Positions 49,058 through 58,840 of a stretch of DNA of 64,000 nucleotides are shown here, in pieces. Every line of letters begins with the position of its first letter. Position 1 is the stretch's first letter. A model generated the notes under the pieces. That model was given only the letters and a program-made list of their open reading frames with translations. It was not told where the DNA came from and ran no database searches. The translations under genes and the position numbers were made by a program. Location of the stretch: IMG/VR virus record IMGVR_UViG_3300005253_001115, positions 202,641 to 266,640 of that record. One strand, written 5' to 3'.

Positions 49058-49349
49058 GAAGGGCTGCGTTCAGTACACCAGCGCCATCTTGTCGCACTTT
49101 TCGTGATACTCGTCCATAGCTTCGTGGTAAAGATCCCAAGCTACCTCTTGGTCCACTTCCTCTGACAGATTAAGCATGACAAAAGTAAGACCTTCTGTAA
49201 TGGCTGCTCTCCTCTTTCGGTTTTCTTTGGTCATCCATGCTAGGTCAGATGTAAACTTGCGGAACGTGTCCACTTCGCTTTGAAGCGTTTCGATGGAAAA
49301 GCACAAGCTCGGTACTCTTACACGTCCCATATTTACAGATAAGCTGGAA

Positions 49350-49946
49350 CTAGAATCGCTTCACTCCACTGTCCTCGTCCAGTCGCAACCGGTGGACCTC
49401 AACGCCCTCAAGACCCTCGAAGTAACCAGTCCACGCCTTGTAACCAGTGAACCGTTCCTTCTTGGTCTTTTTTCCGCTACGGCGGTAATCCCGGTCCGCG
49501 TCTATGTCGTCGGCCCGGATGTCCGAAGCGATAGAGTCAGCCTGGGCCTTTTCCTCGTAGCACCCAATGACGGTTACGTTCCCTGAGGACGAACCGAAAG
49601 TGTCCCCGGATGAATAGGTGACGACCACAAGGAAGACTTCGGCCCCAGTTACGGGCTCGAACTCCACGTCAATGCTCTCGTTGTACCTGCTCCAGCCTCG
49701 GCCGTCCTTGGCATCGCAGGAGTAGATACCCTGGACTTCGTGATCCTTGTACTCGGTCTCTCGGCTCGGATAGGAGCTATCCTCTTCGCCCTCGCAGATC
49801 TCCCCGCCGGAACAGCGAGTATACTCCCAATTCACCCAGACCCGGAACAGGTCTTCCTCGGGGGCAACCTTCTTGGTACCCTTGCCCTTGGCTTTCTTCG
49901 CTGCCTTGCGGGCAACCTTCTTGGAGACTGTTTTCTTTGCTGCCAT
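49350..49946 (-). CDS. Hypothetical protein with basic N-terminus
   Basis: VVTYSSGDTFG...W.GYFE.L; SD GAGG. Confidence 0.6.
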   Translation of the reverse strand: MAAKKTVSKKVARKAAKKAKGKGTKKVAPEEDLFRVWVNWEYTRCSGGEICEGEEDSSYPSRETEYKDHEVQGIYSCDAKDGRGWSRYNESIDVEFEPVTGAEVFLVVVTYSSGDTFGSSSGNVTVIGCYEEKAQADSIASDIRADDIDADRDYRRSGKKTKKERFTGYKAWTGYFEGLEGVEVHRLRLDEDSGVKRF

Positions 49947-50317
49947 AGTTTCCTCTTCGTCTCGCCGCAGAAGACCCCGATAGGAAATTTATTCCTACCG
50001 GGGTCTATTACAATTGTACTATAGTTTCTCGTTATTTTAGATCGCCTGTCGCGATCTCTCACCCCCTACGTTTGGGGTCGGCTGTCCGGCCGTTAAATAG
50101 AAGCCGGGAGCACTTGTACTTTAGTCTACTAGGACCAAGTTGGCAACCTCCGCATTGCACCTATCGACCTTGAGCTTCTTCTCAGGGTCGTCCTGGGGAC
50201 GACTCAAGCAGGCCATGATGCTCCCGACCACTGGAAACGTGTGGGTAATCTCCCACTCGTGCTCCACGTCTTGCGACCTTCCCCCAGGAATAGTGTAGAG
50301 TACCTTGTCCCCTACCT

Positions 50318-51001
50318 TTAACTTCGGGCTAGATTTTTTTCGACCCATGCGGGTTGCTCCGGGATGCGCTTGAGAATCTTCGCGGGGTATTGCACGGGGA
50401 GCGCTTCTCGCCGCTCTATTCGCTTGGCAATATGAGCCGGACCCCAATTGTAAGCCGCTAGGGCAGCGTGCTCATTACCAAAGCGATCAAGAAGCTCACG
50501 GAGATATGCGCAACCCATGCGCACATTAGTAGCAGGATCGTTCAAAGACGCCGAGGTGTAGTTCGCGATTTCTAGGCGCGCAGCGATCTCGGCTCCGGTC
50601 CTGGGCATGATCTGAGTCAGCCCGATGGCTCCTACGAGGGAGACGGCATTTGGGTTCCCAGCGCTCTCTACGCGAATGAGGGAGGCAATCAACCAGGGCG
50701 AGAGATCAAACTCACTGGAGGCATCCTCGATGGCCTGAGCGACGATCTCAGCAAGTTCTCGGTCCTTGATCCCGGTCTCGGCGGCAATAGCGTCCACGAA
50801 AAGGTTCCACATCTCTGCATCGCGCTTGGCGATGTACTTCTGGTGGCGGGCGCGGGTTTCGATCTGGTCGATGACGTGCTGAGGCACAACAGGCTGCTCG
50901 TTGATATCCCCGGGGGATACGACGCCCATGAGTACCAGCATGAAAATTCCAGTAAGGATCATGAGTCGTTGCATATGGCTGCGTTCCATCTGATTCTCCA
51001 T
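50318..51001 (-). CDS. Lytic transglycosylase (SLT domain) with N-terminal hydrophobic segment
   Basis: IRVES.GNPNAVS..GAIGLTQIMP, AAYNWG. Confidence 0.9.
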   Translation of the reverse strand: MENQMERSHMQRLMILTGIFMLVLMGVVSPGDINEQPVVPQHVIDQIETRARHQKYIAKRDAEMWNLFVDAIAAETGIKDRELAEIVAQAIEDASSEFDLSPWLIASLIRVESAGNPNAVSLVGAIGLTQIMPRTGAEIAARLEIANYTSASLNDPATNVRMGCAYLRELLDRFGNEHAALAAYNWGPAHIAKRIERREALPVQYPAKILKRIPEQPAWVEKNLARS

Positions 51002-51136
51002 ACCAAGAAATAATGGTGCTTTTATCCGAAAATGAAGTGTTTGAACACCGGGAGGAATACGACTCCAAAAATCACCACGAAGGCAAAGCAATAGAGAATG
51101 AATAGATCGAAGGCTGTTTTAAGCATGCCTTTTATA

Positions 51137-51161
51137 TCGGCCAACCCCTCCAGAACTTTAG
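51137..51161 (-). promoter_or_regulatory. Sigma28-like promoter (CTAAAG-N15-CCGATA, 10 nt from CCGA to ATG 51126)
   Basis: Repeated motif. Confidence 0.7.
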
Positions 51162-51166
51162 CTTCA

Positions 51167-51504
51167 GATGCCCTTCCCCTAAGGGACCTGGGTGCGTGAA
51201 GCGGGTTCAATGGAGCGACCATCCAGGGTAACAAATCCCTGGGACGCCTGTCGCGTAAACCTCTCCTCCGCCACTATCAGCTAACGCACCCCAGGGTACG
51301 ACTCTGCGAGTAGCCCGCTCTTTTGCCCCATCGACCGGTCATGACTCGGATTCCCGGAGCCGGGAGTTACGGCTCTCCCTACAATCTAGTTGCTGCCCTC
51401 CGTGGGAAGGGTAGTGATCGGCGCATTTGTCGGGCTACACGGGAGTGGCGGGAGCACGAACCGGAGCCTCACCACGAGGGATCAGAACAGTTGCTTCGCG
51501 GCAT
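51167..51504 (+). ncRNA. Candidate ~340-nt highly structured ncRNA (family unassigned)
   Basis: Intergenic; several long-range complementary segments, with G-U pairs favouring the + strand. Confidence 0.45.
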
Positions 51505-51510
51505 ACGTCT

Positions 51511-52014
51511 TTACTTTTCGGTAGTTCCGTTTGCAACTTTAGCACTTTCTGCAACTTTATCAGCGGATTTCTCAGCAGTCTTTTCGAGTAGTTTCTTGGC
51601 GAGCTTCTCGGCCACACGGTCCACAGTCTCAGCAGCCTCTTCCACGAGGGCCTCGGCTATCTCTTCGGCCTCGGCTTCCTTCTCAGCCTCTTCCTTGACC
51701 GCAGTCGGTCCTACGGGTCCGGTAGATGCAGTGGAGCCTCCGGCTTCGATGATCTTACGCTCGAACACTGCATCCATAGGATCAGCGTCAGGCTCCTGGG
51801 TCCATATCCAATCAATTTTTGTTTTGCCGCCATGTCCGTGGATATTCTCTACGTTTTTTATTCCGGCATACACATTAGTGCTGCCGTTCGCACCCAGCCA
51901 TCTTACTATAGATGTCCCATCACTGGCTTCGAAAACGTCGGCAAGATGGTCTCCTGTACCGGAGACACCGTGTACATCTTCGTTGCGCATAATTTTCCCT
52001 ACGCGAACCGACAT
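51511..52014 (-). CDS. Phage hypothetical protein (D..GVSGTG...DG...RW) with charged tail
   Basis: ATG overlaps the HNH stop. Confidence 0.6.
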   Translation of the reverse strand: MSVRVGKIMRNEDVHGVSGTGDHLADVFEASDGTSIVRWLGANGSTNVYAGIKNVENIHGHGGKTKIDWIWTQEPDADPMDAVFERKIIEAGGSTASTGPVGPTAVKEEAEKEAEAEEIAEALVEEAAETVDRVAEKLAKKLLEKTAEKSADKVAESAKVANGTTEK

Positions 52015-52640
52015 TAGGCTTCTTCCTCTGTTACATTGCTCCAACTTTGTCTAGACAATACTCGCGAAATTTGATCTGGCCCCACAGAGAACAGTAGCGC
52101 AATTTGCTTTTGCGTATTTCCGTTTTTGTAGAGCGCTCTAATTTCCCTCACAGCTTCTTTTGTAAGCTTGTTGCATTTACGATTCTGTTGTTGTTGTTGC
52201 ACCGTTGCCCAGCGACAGTTTCCCGGCTCATAGTTTCCTTCCACATCTATGCGGTCCAAGGTGCAATCTTTTGGTCTTTCTCCCATATCTTTCAAGAATG
52301 CTTCAAAAGAATTTGTCCATCTATGACATATTTTTACGCATTTATAAGCCTGTCTTGCTTCGGAAGCATAAAGTCCGCATCGGGTTTTCATCATAGCCCA
52401 CGATTTATACGTGGGTGTATCTGACATTCCGTGAGAAGTCATTCTAATGGCTGATGATTCCTTTTGAAAACATCCGCAAGACGTAGTGTTACCCGATCTG
52501 AGAGATTTGCCTGAAACTGTAAGTTTCTCGCCACAAGAGCATAGGCATAGCCATACTATGGCTCCGTCTCCTGCTCTTTGTCCAGAGTCCTTCAACACTA
52601 ACAACCTGCCGTATTTGTTGCCTGTTTCATCTATGCTCAC
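52014..52640 (-). CDS. HNH homing-endonuclease-like protein with C-terminal HTH
   Basis: WLCLCSCG, TSCGC, TLDRIDVEGNYEPGNCRWAT. Confidence 0.85.
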   Translation of the reverse strand: MSIDETGNKYGRLLVLKDSGQRAGDGAIVWLCLCSCGEKLTVSGKSLRSGNTTSCGCFQKESSAIRMTSHGMSDTPTYKSWAMMKTRCGLYASEARQAYKCVKICHRWTNSFEAFLKDMGERPKDCTLDRIDVEGNYEPGNCRWATVQQQQQNRKCNKLTKEAVREIRALYKNGNTQKQIALLFSVGPDQISRVLSRQSWSNVTEEEA

Positions 52641-52877
52641 CTAGCTTTCTCCGTGACTAATTTCGGGCATCGAATAGCTCTGCTCCTAGAGACTTTAGTC
52701 TAATCCGAGTCCGACCCCGAATAGATAGTATCCTTCGCCTGTGGTGCTCTTCAGGGATGCGCTCGTGGGCTACATCGACGTAACACCATGGCTTTATTGC
52801 GATGGCGCCCAATGAGCAAAACTGGCCGAACTCCTTGGGAGCCAAAGGCGAATACCCGTGCCCTTCGATCTCTTCGT

Positions 52878-53462
52878 TCAATAGAGAATGACATTTCCGC
52901 TCCTCTGCACCCCAAAACAGGCAGTAGTGTAGTTGCCGCCGCCACCCGAGTCTCGACTGTCACGGTTGTGCTCATCGTTGCCGACGAACTCGCCGCCGGT
53001 CCCTCGGGTCCAAGTGATAGCACGGAGCCGCTGGAACAGCAACGCAACTACCGGATTCTCCCGTGCGCGCTCGACCGCTCGATTGTTTTCCCCTGAGGAG
53101 TAGGTCATGGCACGCTTCTTGTTGTCCAGCGTGATGGTGACTTCCTCAAGGTGCAAAACCACACTTTTCGACGTGGGCAGGATGGGGAAAGCCTTCTTCT
53201 TCGGCTTGTAGATCTTCTTGTCACCTCGGCGGGTGATGTACTGAGCCGCTTCCCAAAACCGCTCCGAGTCCTGAACCCAGTCGGCTCGCGAGAAGCCTCG
53301 CTGCCCTTTACCGGCCTTCTGTGCCGCTGCGTAGGCTTCGCAGGCTAGCCTGTACTTCTTCTCGCGAAGTTCATTCACCTTCTCGATGATGGCAGTCCTG
53401 AAAGCCACCCACTCGCTCATGGAGAACTTGACGCTACCCTCCTCCCAGTTGTTACAACTCAT
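52878..53462 (-). CDS. Hypothetical protein
   Basis: 194-aa ORF with SD AGGAG. Confidence 0.6.
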   Translation of the reverse strand: MSCNNWEEGSVKFSMSEWVAFRTAIIEKVNELREKKYRLACEAYAAAQKAGKGQRGFSRADWVQDSERFWEAAQYITRRGDKKIYKPKKKAFPILPTSKSVVLHLEEVTITLDNKKRAMTYSSGENNRAVERARENPVVALLFQRLRAITWTRGTGGEFVGNDEHNRDSRDSGGGGNYTTACFGVQRSGNVILY

Positions 53463-53694
53463 TGTTTTCTCCTACCTCCCCCCTAAAAGTTTCGATCGCG
53501 GCCATCTCTGGGTCAGGTCCGTGAGGGCCACCTCCCATAAAAGCGTCGATCGCGTCCATCTCCGGGTCCGGGCCAACATGGGGCGTAGCGGGGGCGTCAT
53601 TAGCATACCATGCCCAGAACACACTGACTGCTGTCAGCCCACAAAAGCACATCATAAACACTAAAAACCATGCAAAGGCAGTCATTGTTTTCTC

Positions 53695-54153
53695 CTAGAA
53701 ACTATCGTCGTAGTCGTACCCAGGTTCGCTTCGAGTCCGGTCGTCTGCTTGACGCTGCTCGACTGCTTCAAAAAGAATCTCCTCAATGGAGGCTTGCTCG
53801 TTGCCCAGGAGGATCTCGTCGCCGAGAGACTTGAACCGGAACATCGCGTTGTCGCTGAAGGACTCCCAGTTTTTGCCAAAAAGGGTTCCCCGAAAGAAAT
53901 CCTTTATTTTGCGGGAGAAGGAACGAAAGTCGCCGTCGAGTATAATGGTAATGTCCTCAACACATGAGAAATCCATGCGACACCCTCGGTTCCCGTCTGC
54001 GTCGGCTCCGTAGTTGTGGTCAATGTCGATATTGACGAAACCCTCAACTTCAAGCTCGAAATAGTCAAGCTCGCCTTTGTAGGCGTCCATATCAACAATT
54101 TCGCCCGTCCAACCCCCGGGACGCTCAAACTCGTAGTGTGCGGTTGCTTGCAT
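53695..54153 (-). CDS. Hypothetical protein
   Basis: Promoter motif 10 nt upstream. Confidence 0.6.
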   Translation of the reverse strand: MQATAHYEFERPGGWTGEIVDMDAYKGELDYFELEVEGFVNIDIDHNYGADADGNRGCRMDFSCVEDITIILDGDFRSFSRKIKDFFRGTLFGKNWESFSDNAMFRFKSLGDEILLGNEQASIEEILFEAVEQRQADDRTRSEPGYDYDDSF

Positions 54154-54163
54154 GTATTACTCT

Positions 54164-54188
54164 TCGGCTCCTGTGACGGATTCTTTAG
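54164..54188 (-). promoter_or_regulatory. Sigma28-like promoter (CTAAAG-N15-CCGA-N10-ATG)
   Basis: Repeated motif. Confidence 0.7.
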
Positions 54189-54268
54189 CAGAAAGAGAAA
54201 TAATGAGCGAAGCCCCCGGAGAGCGCCAGAACACTCAACCAGGGGCTTGCTTAATGCCGCCTAAGCGG

Positions 54269-54691
54269 CTATTTCGAGAACTGTGCGCGCCAATACTTGT
54301 TCATCAAGCCACGGCGCACACGGCTGTTACAGTGCTCATCAGAGTGAGTCTCATGGAGGTTCAGGTCGGCCCCATGAACCTCACGCATGAACGAACCTAC
54401 CGCAACTGACCGGCTTACGCCAGCGCTACAGTGGATCATGAAGTCACTCTCGATGTAGCTCTCGATGAACTCATGCAGGATCTCAGCATGTTCGATCGAG
54501 AACGCAATGATGTTGTGCCCTGTCATGCCTGTGGGGATCTTCACAACGTCATCGAACTCGATGCGCAGAATGTCGTCCCAACCCTCTTTCAACTCGTAGC
54601 TTTCCCCGGGGCTACCGATGGAAATCACCACTGTCCTGGGACGTGGCTCGATCTCGGCCGCATGGTACTTGCTGTAAACGTCCACCCTCAT
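54269..54691 (-). CDS. Cys-dependent (PTP/dual-specificity-like) phosphatase
   Basis: IHCSAGVSRS (CX5R). Confidence 0.85.
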   Translation of the reverse strand: MRVDVYSKYHAAEIEPRPRTVVISIGSPGESYELKEGWDDILRIEFDDVVKIPTGMTGHNIIAFSIEHAEILHEFIESYIESDFMIHCSAGVSRSVAVGSFMREVHGADLNLHETHSDEHCNSRVRRGLMNKYWRAQFSK

Positions 54692-55143
54692 TGTACTTCC
54701 TTCGACAAAGCCTCTGTAATCATTTCCCGGAGCTTGTCCATTACGGATGGAGTATTAGCGGTAGAGTGGACCAGTTCAGCACGTCCTCCGTTCTCTTCGA
54801 TCACCTTGCAGAACGACTCACACGCAGACTCAAGTTTACCTGCCGTTTCGATGAATCCGTGCGGAGCCTCCTCGACCAGTTCCTTGGAATCCTTGAGGCC
54901 CAGCCCCGTGAAAGCGCGCACTTCCTTGATGCACTGAATCTTCCTCTCACCGAAGGATATGAAGGTGATGCCTGCCGGTCGCCCCTCAGTCAGTGCCGGT
55001 AGCTTCGCGCGCAGAAAGTCGTTCACGTCAAGCTCGACGCTAAGACGATCGGCCCTCAGTACCTCGGGGCCGATGGTACATTCCAGTCCCTCGACTTCCA
55101 GCTTGAGGATGTTGTCTTTGAAGCTCAATTTCGATGCAGGCAT
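54688..55143 (-). CDS. Protein containing a ribosomal protein bL12 C-terminal domain
   Basis: KIQCIKEVRAFTGLGLKDSKELVEEAP. Confidence 0.8.
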   Translation of the reverse strand: MPASKLSFKDNILKLEVEGLECTIGPEVLRADRLSVELDVNDFLRAKLPALTEGRPAGITFISFGERKIQCIKEVRAFTGLGLKDSKELVEEAPHGFIETAGKLESACESFCKVIEENGGRAELVHSTANTPSVMDKLREMITEALSKEVQ

Positions 55144-55153
55144 GGTTTACTCT

Positions 55154-55178
55154 TCGGCCTCCCGACCGAAAACTTTAG
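55154..55178 (-). promoter_or_regulatory. Sigma28-like promoter (CTAAAG-N15-CCGA-N10-ATG)
   Basis: Repeated motif. Confidence 0.7.
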
Positions 55179-55298
55179 GCATCCATCGGAAAAGCACCAC
55201 ATGTCGGGCAGTGGCGGGGCCGAGCCTTGCGCGCCTTCAAAACCAGCTTAACTGCGATCACGAGCAACTCGTCAGCCAAATCATACCGAGCGAACATC

Positions 55299-55805
55299 TT
55301 AACGTGCCCTCTCATGTGCCAGAAGCGCCTTTGTAACCTTCGCCATGGCCGGAATGTACCGCTCCAGAGCTAATCGAATGTGATGCTCCGTCCGTCCCGG
55401 CTTCGGTGCAGCGTTCCGCTGAATGTCGGCCAGTTTGACGACGGTGGTGTCCCGATCGAGAATCGCCCGATCGAGAAACTCGTTGTAGGTTTCTTTGCCG
55501 AAGTAGTGCCGGGTCAACCCCGTCAGAATCTCATGGACCCGAACGAGGTCATGCTTCTCAAGGAACAGGGAGATCCGGCTCTCACTCTGTGGGTGGTCCT
55601 CCATCGCGTCGTGGAGAATCGCGGCAACCTGAACTTCGATCGACTCGTCCTGCTCCTGTACCGTCTTGAGAACCTGAAGTAGGTGGAAGATGTAGGGACC
55701 ACCACCGTAAAGGTCATCCTTGTGGATGTCGGCGGCGAGTGCGATTGCCTTTCCTAGTACCTTGTCCGTCGTAAAGCGCTTTACTAAAGCTAGTACCTTC
55801 GTCAT
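55299..55805 (-). CDS. HD-domain hydrolase, SpoT/Mesh1 (small alarmone hydrolase)-like
   Basis: A..H...PYIFH, AAILHDAMED, LT, VKLAD. Confidence 0.8.
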   Translation of the reverse strand: MTKVLALVKRFTTDKVLGKAIALAADIHKDDLYGGGPYIFHLLQVLKTVQEQDESIEVQVAAILHDAMEDHPQSESRISLFLEKHDLVRVHEILTGLTRHYFGKETYNEFLDRAILDRDTTVVKLADIQRNAAPKPGRTEHHIRLALERYIPAMAKVTKALLAHERAR

Positions 55806-55829
55806 GGTGTGTTCCCTTCACCCTATCTA

Positions 55830-55854
55830 TCGGTCCTCACCCGTGGAACTTGAG
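55830..55854 (-). promoter_or_regulatory. Sigma28-like promoter (CTCAAG-N15-CCGATA)
   Basis: Repeated motif. Confidence 0.65.
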
Positions 55855-56090
55855 GCTTTTCCCTATGGAAGCGAATGCTGCCTTTGTTTCACACTGGTTG
55901 CTACAAAAATCTCGTGTGGTTTCATGGCCGCAGAAGTTGCACTTCCCCTGCTTGCTCTTGTACTCCTGTTCGACGTAACGCTCAGCGTTCACGCGGTCGT
56001 CCATACGGCGCTGGATTTCCAGCGGGGCAGGAACAAGTTTGGCTATCATCCAGTTAACCTCTTCTTTATCTAGTCCCATGTTCTCTACCT

Positions 56091-56116
56091 TCGGTCCGAG
56101 CCTTGATTGCCTTGAG
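56091..56116 (-). promoter_or_regulatory. Sigma28-like promoter (CTCAAG-N16-CCGA-N11-ATG)
   Basis: Repeated motif, inside the upstream CDS. Confidence 0.5.
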
Positions 56117-57009
56117 GTTTTTCTCGTACCCTGGCGAATTGTAGTCGTTCGCCGAAAAGCCTACTACAAAATTGCTGAACTCCTGCTCTAGCAGTTCCCA
56201 CACGCTGCGGTAGGTGGTGTGGAAAGTTGGCTCCCAGTCTCGGTAGTCAGCGCTCTGGCGTCTCTGGGGCTCCCAGTCTCGGTAAACCGGGTCGTTGACA
56301 AACTGAACCTGATTTGTGGCCTGCTCATGACGCTCGGTCATTTCGCGAGGATCGTCCAGTACGTGCCCACCCGGAGTACAAAACCCGTAACATCCCATGG
56401 CATTGGAAAACCGCAGGTTGTGCGCATCGCAGAATGGTTGCAGTACATTCTTCTCGAAATACTGCACATGGCTATCGAAAGCCTTCTCCATGCGATCAGC
56501 GATTCTCTCGCTGTGCTTCTGCACCTTCCCAATGCCCTCTTCTAGACTCACGGGGTGACTTTCGGGAGCTTCCACTCCATGCGGTCGCCGTAGGCGTTCT
56601 TGATGAGCGTCTGCTCGCTGATAGCCGCCGCCAAAGCCTTGCGGGCATTCCGGGCAGTGGCACCGAACCCACACGCACCTCGCAGCATGGCACCTTCCTT
56701 CACCTCGCACCTACGCAGGCTGGCGACCTTCTGGTTCGTTGCAGTCTCGGTGACTTTTACCTTGCTGTCGGTCATGTACTCGACTTCTTTCAATCTCATG
56801 CGTATGCCTTTCCTATTTAGCGGTTCCGATGTACCAGCCGGGCCAGCTTTGACCGTGACTGCTCGATCTCTTCGTCACTCATTGGAGTCTGGACGAACCG
56901 GCGTTCGGTCTCATTGAACCCAGGGAAATCGCCGTGCTCTTCGAGACCTTTGTGGAAGGGATCGGTCGCGATGTTGTCCTTGACTTTTTCGTCTTCCATA
57001 CTTTATTCT

Positions 57010-57034
57010 TCGGTCGTTTCTCCAGAAACTTGAG
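57010..57034 (-). promoter_or_regulatory. Sigma28-like promoter (CTCAAG-N15-CCGA-N10-ATG)
   Basis: Repeated motif. Confidence 0.7.
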
Positions 57035-57363
57035 GGAAAAATGGCCGCTCCGGGCCGGTCCCTGTCAACATGCCACCCGGTCAACCCTACAACCAAAGGG
57101 TGGGTGCGTCGGAAATGCAGCCCGGAGCGACGACTACTGTGGCTTTAGGATAGCCTCGCCGTGGGTCGCGAACGCTTCGGCCTGCTTCTGGAACCAGAAG
57201 TCCTCTTCCATCTCGTGGACCTCGGCTTTGAGGTCGTCCATGTAGGCTTGCGTCATCGGCACGAGATTACCGGACTCGTTTCGGACCATCACTCCGAACT
57301 CGCCGAAGTCCTCACGCTGGAGGGGTCGAAAGGCGTCTTGAATCATGCTGAGTAGTCTGCGCA

Positions 57364-57801
57364 TCACCAGACCTCTACGAGAGCATCGGAGGGCATCTTC
57401 GGCACTGCGATCCGAGCGTCTTCGGCAAGGTCATCTGCCACGGCGCTCGACTCGATCATGTTGAGAATGATGTCCCTGACCGAAAGCTCGAACACGCGAG
57501 ATACTGCGTCCCCGAGAATGTCGTAGTCACCACGATGCACCTCGTCGGTACTCTCGGGATCATCGAACGTAGCATGGAAGGGCACGACCGTGAACACCTG
57601 CCACTTCGGACCGCGAACCTCGCGCCCGCCCATACCAAAGCGCAGCGTGCCGTCTGTTTCGATCAGCAGGTTGATGCCCAGACCGGGCAGGTTGACCAGA
57701 AACTCGGTGTCGGACTTCTGCTCGACCTCGATGGTGCTCGTCATGCCCAGCGTCTTGATGCCTGCTTCGAGGAACTTGATTGTCTGCTTTACGCTTTCCA
57801 T
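57364..57801 (-). CDS. Hypothetical protein
   Basis: Promoter motif and SD upstream. Confidence 0.6.
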   Translation of the reverse strand: MESVKQTIKFLEAGIKTLGMTSTIEVEQKSDTEFLVNLPGLGINLLIETDGTLRFGMGGREVRGPKWQVFTVVPFHATFDDPESTDEVHRGDYDILGDAVSRVFELSVRDIILNMIESSAVADDLAEDARIAVPKMPSDALVEVW

Positions 57802-57827
57802 TTTGCTTGCTCCCTTTCCTTTATGTA

Positions 57828-57852
57828 TCGGACACTTGGTCAGGATCTTGAG
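57828..57852 (-). promoter_or_regulatory. Sigma28-like promoter (CTCAAG-N15-CCGATA)
   Basis: Repeated motif. Confidence 0.65.
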
Positions 57853-58232
57853 GCTTTCTTAGCCTTTTGTGCCCGGATCGCTCCCCGTCTATTCGTCATT
57901 TCTCGGCCCGTGCCGTCGGTCTGCACCCCACCGGTTCGCTCATGCTTCGGGACGTAGTTGTCTACGAGTTTCTGCAACTCGTCATGGAAGTGGTCGCCAC
58001 GCCACGCTATATCGGCGTTCCCTTCACGGAGATCTTGCACACGAAGGACCGCCACGCACGCCTCGACAGTGGAGAACTCGTCACTGTCATCTGCGGGGTT
58101 ATCGGGCTCCCGGGGAAAGAATGTAGCAACGAAGCGGAAACCGGCAATTGTAGTGATTTCGGCATCGTCGTGCCCCACGAACAAAATCGTCCAGAATCCA
58201 CGCCCGCTTACTCCGTTTCGGTGGTAACTCAT
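57840..58232 (-). CDS. Hypothetical protein with C-terminal RRGAIRAQK motif (start uncertain)
   Basis: YHRNGVSG...WRGDHF; the track start overlaps the GGDEF gene. Confidence 0.55.
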   Translation of the reverse strand: MSYHRNGVSGRGFWTILFVGHDDAEITTIAGFRFVATFFPREPDNPADDSDEFSTVEACVAVLRVQDLREGNADIAWRGDHFHDELQKLVDNYVPKHERTGGVQTDGTGREMTNRRGAIRAQKAKKASRS

Positions 58233-58275
58233 GTCGAGCACCTCACCCACGAGCCTGCCAGATTTCGGGATGCGC

Positions 58276-58830
58276 TTAGCCAATTTCGACTCGATTTCGG
58301 CCACCGTTTTTGGCAACGTAAAGAGCCTCGTCTGCCCGCTTGGCGAGCTTTTCGGCTGTATCCCTAATGCGGGCCATTGCGACACCGACGCTCACTGTAA
58401 CAGCAGGGTCGTCGCTCTGGTGGCTATCCTCGATGGAGGACCGGATCTTCTCTGCGAGAAGGGAAGCGCCCCGATAACTGGTAACAGCGACCACCGACAT
58501 CTCTTCGCCACCTTGCCGGAAGGCCGCATCTCCACCCCGGATAACTTGCTGGATAACTGCGGCGACGCGCATTAGGACCGCATCCCCTACACCGTGCCCG
58601 TGGGTATCGTTTACCCTTTTGAAATGGTCAATGTCTATGGCAACGAAGGTTAGGTCGGTCTGTTGCCGATCGGCCTGAGACAGTGCTCGGCCCAGGTACT
58701 CGTTGAGCCCACGACGATTGCCGAGCCCCGTAAGCTCATCCAGGGTCGCCAGCTTCTCAAGGTGGCCGATGCGTTGATACGCCGCACCTAGCTCGAATTC
58801 GAGGTCTCTGATTGTATCACTCTCACTCAT
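58276..58830 (-). CDS. GGDEF-domain diguanylate cyclase
   Basis: DELTGLGNRR, DIDHFKRVNDTHGH..GD, RGGD I-site, GGEEM, ADEALYVAKNGGRNRV. Confidence 0.92.
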   Translation of the reverse strand: MSESDTIRDLEFELGAAYQRIGHLEKLATLDELTGLGNRRGLNEYLGRALSQADRQQTDLTFVAIDIDHFKRVNDTHGHGVGDAVLMRVAAVIQQVIRGGDAAFRQGGEEMSVVAVTSYRGASLLAEKIRSSIEDSHQSDDPAVTVSVGVAMARIRDTAEKLAKRADEALYVAKNGGRNRVEIG

Positions 58831-58840
58831 ACTTTATGTA

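Noticed and set aside
50076-50115. Pistol ribozyme (GTTAAATAG motif)
   Set aside because: The additional stems required around the cleavage site are missing.
51167-51504. RNase P RNA, tmRNA or group I intron
   Set aside because: Signature motifs (GAGGAAAGUCC, tRNA-like ends, P7 core) were not found, so it is kept only as an unassigned structured RNA.
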